Source: Rhynchopus sp. YZ270_cl-10
Lineage: Eukaryota
NCBI GenBank assembly: GCA_964035575.1
Contig: OZ037847.1
Coordinates: forward strand, 496,001 to 560,000
Length of the DNA: 64,000 bases
Direction: 5' to 3'
The position numbers were made by a program, and so were the translations under genes. The notes under the pieces were generated by a model. It was not told the DNA's origin. It made no database searches and saw only the letters and a list, made by a program, of their open reading frames with translations. Shown here piece after piece: positions 61,322-64,000 of this stretch. Positions within the stretch are counted from its first letter, which is position 1, and the number at the start of each line of letters is the position of its first letter.

Positions 61322-63426
61322 GAAAAAGAACGGAAACGAAACACCCCTCCCAATCTAGATGATGGATGGGGAAGTTACTTGTGTCTCTTCGTTAAGTTTC
61401 GTGTTGCGTTGAAGCATCCACACAGGATGGGGTAAATTTTTGCTTCCGACCTCCCAAAAAAGAGGTCATCATGAGATGTGCGCACATGCATCTTCGAAAA
61501 AGGGTGGTGCTTGAGAGGGAGGCACACCTACGCTCTGTGGGGGATAACACCCTCCTCCTTGCCTGTCGAACCATAGAATAGAGGGAGAAGAGGCTCGGGA
61601 GACGTGGTGTGGATGTTGTGTAAAAAAGAGAGATAGAGAGAGAACAAAGTTTGACGGAAGTGCCCCTTCGTGCACACAGATTAAAAAAAAAAAAAATGAA
61701 ACGATGAATGGCTGAAGGAACCGTAAAGAATCCCAGACACATCATGGAAAAATTGACTTGAAATACAAAGCCTTCTCGTGTCAGAGTACCCCAATCATGA
61801 AAAAAAAAAAATTTTTTTTTAAAAAAGACGAGTCTCGCTTTAGCCTCACCTTTAAAATGAAAGTTGGAAATGCATATGGGAATAAAGGCAGCGAACCTTC
61901 GCGAGAACGTTTTTTTAGAAAAAAATTGGTAAGATGAGCCAAAGCCTCTCATGCTCAGTCACCTTAGAGAAAGAGAAATTTGAAAAAAATAATGAAATAT
62001 GGCTCTGGTGCACACACATTATTTTAAACAGACTCATTTCTGAAGTACATCGCAAATGTAAAACAAAACAAAACAAAACAAAAAACTTTGACTCTTTCTT
62101 GAAAACTAAGTGTTTTCATCGCCGCGGTCACGCATCATCTATCGAGGCTAAGAGTCAGCTTAACGAACCAGTGTGTACACTTTTGCGGGGGGGGAACTGT
62201 GGTGTTTCTTTGCAAAAAAAAAAAATAAATAAATAATGAAAAACTGTTGTCATTGATGCAGACACCTCCGACTGACCCACGTACGATGTCAGCCATCCGG
62301 ATGAAAGCACAAAAGTACTGGAAAGAGAACGACAACCCGAAAGGGGGTTTTGTCTTAAAGATATTTCATAGATTTGCCGAGATGCGTTTTTTTTTTTCTC
62401 TTCTTCTTTTGATATTTTGTTGAGTGGAAGACTGCCAATAGACAGTCTTCACCCCTTTTTTTGCGCCAAAAAACAGGAGTTCCTCGCGCAAATAAGGCAC
62501 TGCAACAAACTAGGAGTTTTTGCATCATTTTTTCGTTTGGGTATATGACAAATTTGTAACAAAAAATAAAATAAAAATAAAATGATGCCTCTGTGGCAAG
62601 CACCTCTGCGGCTGCACCCACAATGGAATACTGGTGTGTTGGATTCCGACCCGATGTGGTCTTCACCAGCACTCTGCAGACTTATTCCCACATGCACAGT
62701 TCCCTGATGACAGTGAACAGATGCAAAAAAAAGGGAGAAAAAGGTTTGATAAGATGAACCTAAGCACCGTTGTGTAGTCACCTTTAAAACATGTGGAGAT
62801 GAACTTCATACTTCGAGGGTACAAAAGGAAGCGCAGTTTATAAAATGAACCTCGGCCTCTCGTGCTTTAGTCACCTTGAACAAAAAAGTTTGATTGGAAA
62901 TACACCCTCTCGTAACAGTGTACCAAAAAAAACCCCTTGTAAGATGAATGCGCCTCTCGTGTACATAAAACAAATAAAATAAAATTGATAGTACGATACG
63001 TCTCGCGTAATGTCACCAAAAATATCGTCCCACCCTTCCCCCCCGCATGATGCAAGAGAAAGCCATCTCCCCTGTTTTTTTTTCCATGCACTTCCACTAG
63101 ACACCCTACTGCATAAAAGTGGTGCAGCTTCCCGCTCCCATTACCCGACACAAAAAAAAAAGAAGAGAAAAAAAACAGTTTGAAGGATCATAACGGAACG
63201 CTACAGACAGAATTGAGCATTTTTTTGTTGCAATAAAATATTGGTGTGGCTGAATGTGGGCAATAAAGTGCGATTACCCCTTATCAGCCACCAAACGAAA
63301 GGAAAAAAAAAAAACGAATCCCAAACCCCCATCCCTTCCCATTCCCCATTTTACAACAGTCCCCCCTTCCCCCTCCCACCCCCCCTTTTTTTTCTCTCTT
63401 CTTCGCCAATTTTTTTTTTTTTCAAA

Positions 63427-64000
63427 TTAGGCGGGGAGAGTACCGGTTGCGGGACGGGCCTGGAAATTTCCTGCAGTTGTTGCGGCGGTGCAGAGTGGGG
63501 GGAGGATTGGGGTGAGGCCGGAGTTGGGAGGTGAGGGTGAGAGGACGGGGTGGCACTGGGAGGTGGGGCAGGTGCTGCCTTGTGCGTGCGGCATGGGTGG
63601 TGTTGCCTGGCGCTCGCCTCCGACACCCACACCGGCACTCCGCCTGCTCCCATTTGAACCCGCACTCCCCTCTCGCGCAGACAGTAAAGGAGTTGCCGCA
63701 GCCGCATGTGGCGAACTCCGCTCATCCGTAAACCCCCCAGTCTTCAAATACTTATACTCCTGCAGCAACGTATGATAAATATAACGCAGCTGGTCCAACG
63801 ACTGCACCATCCCTGCCCGCTGCATCCGCAACGTCTTTATCGCCCCAAGCACATCAAAGTTGAATTTAAATGGTCTAGGTATTTTCCCTCGGGCACCTAA
63901 CATATGCATATAATACGACTGTTTAAAAAGCGCCAGCAGAACGTGAACTGTGATGAAACATCCGGTTCGTCCAATGCCTGCGGAGCAGTGGACGAGGATA
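63427..64000 (-). CDS. Classical protein-tyrosine phosphatase, C-terminal part (5' end outside window)
   Basis: ILVHCSAGIGRTG signature read from the window end, in frame with LRMQRAGMVQSLDQ (Q-loop). Confidence 0.93.
   Translation of the reverse strand, partial: ILVHCSAGIGRTGCFITVHVLLALFKQSYYMHMLGARGKIPRPFKFNFDVLGAIKTLRMQRAGMVQSLDQLRYIYHTLLQEYKYLKTGGFTDERSSPHAAAATPLLSAREGSAGSNGSRRSAGVGVGGERQATPPMPHAQGSTCPTSQCHPVLSPSPPNSGLTPILPPLCTAATTAGNFQARPATGTLPA

Overview
Eukaryotic nuclear DNA, most likely a diplonemid-type euglenozoan. This is an inference from three things: every recognisable gene is on the minus strand as one directional cluster, a BILBO1-family gene is present, and many genes carry short GT-AG introns, which kinetoplastids largely lack. 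About 20 protein genes are supported: NEK kinase, four copies of RPS23 encoding the same protein, SNF1/CIPK-like kinase, MBOAT acyltransferase, GH27 alpha-galactosidase, PTEN-like formin, multidomain PP2C, beta-helix protein, two ECH1 paralogs, CEP162, a FYVE-F-box-GTPase fusion, a 1823-aa SHOCT/PDZ low-complexity protein, BILBO1-like, ankyrin protein and a PTP. The non-coding DNA holds the most unusual signal. (i) A ~35-nt stem-loop with a GAGA loop recurs more than 20 times, always oriented with transcription, together with a ~120-nt element carrying an invariant 17-mer. (ii) A 2.6-kb non-coding element has 37-bp TIRs, a 5-bp TSD and foldback 10-mer arrays. (iii) There are several small MITE families and a LINE relic. 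All calls are by eye; no searches were run.
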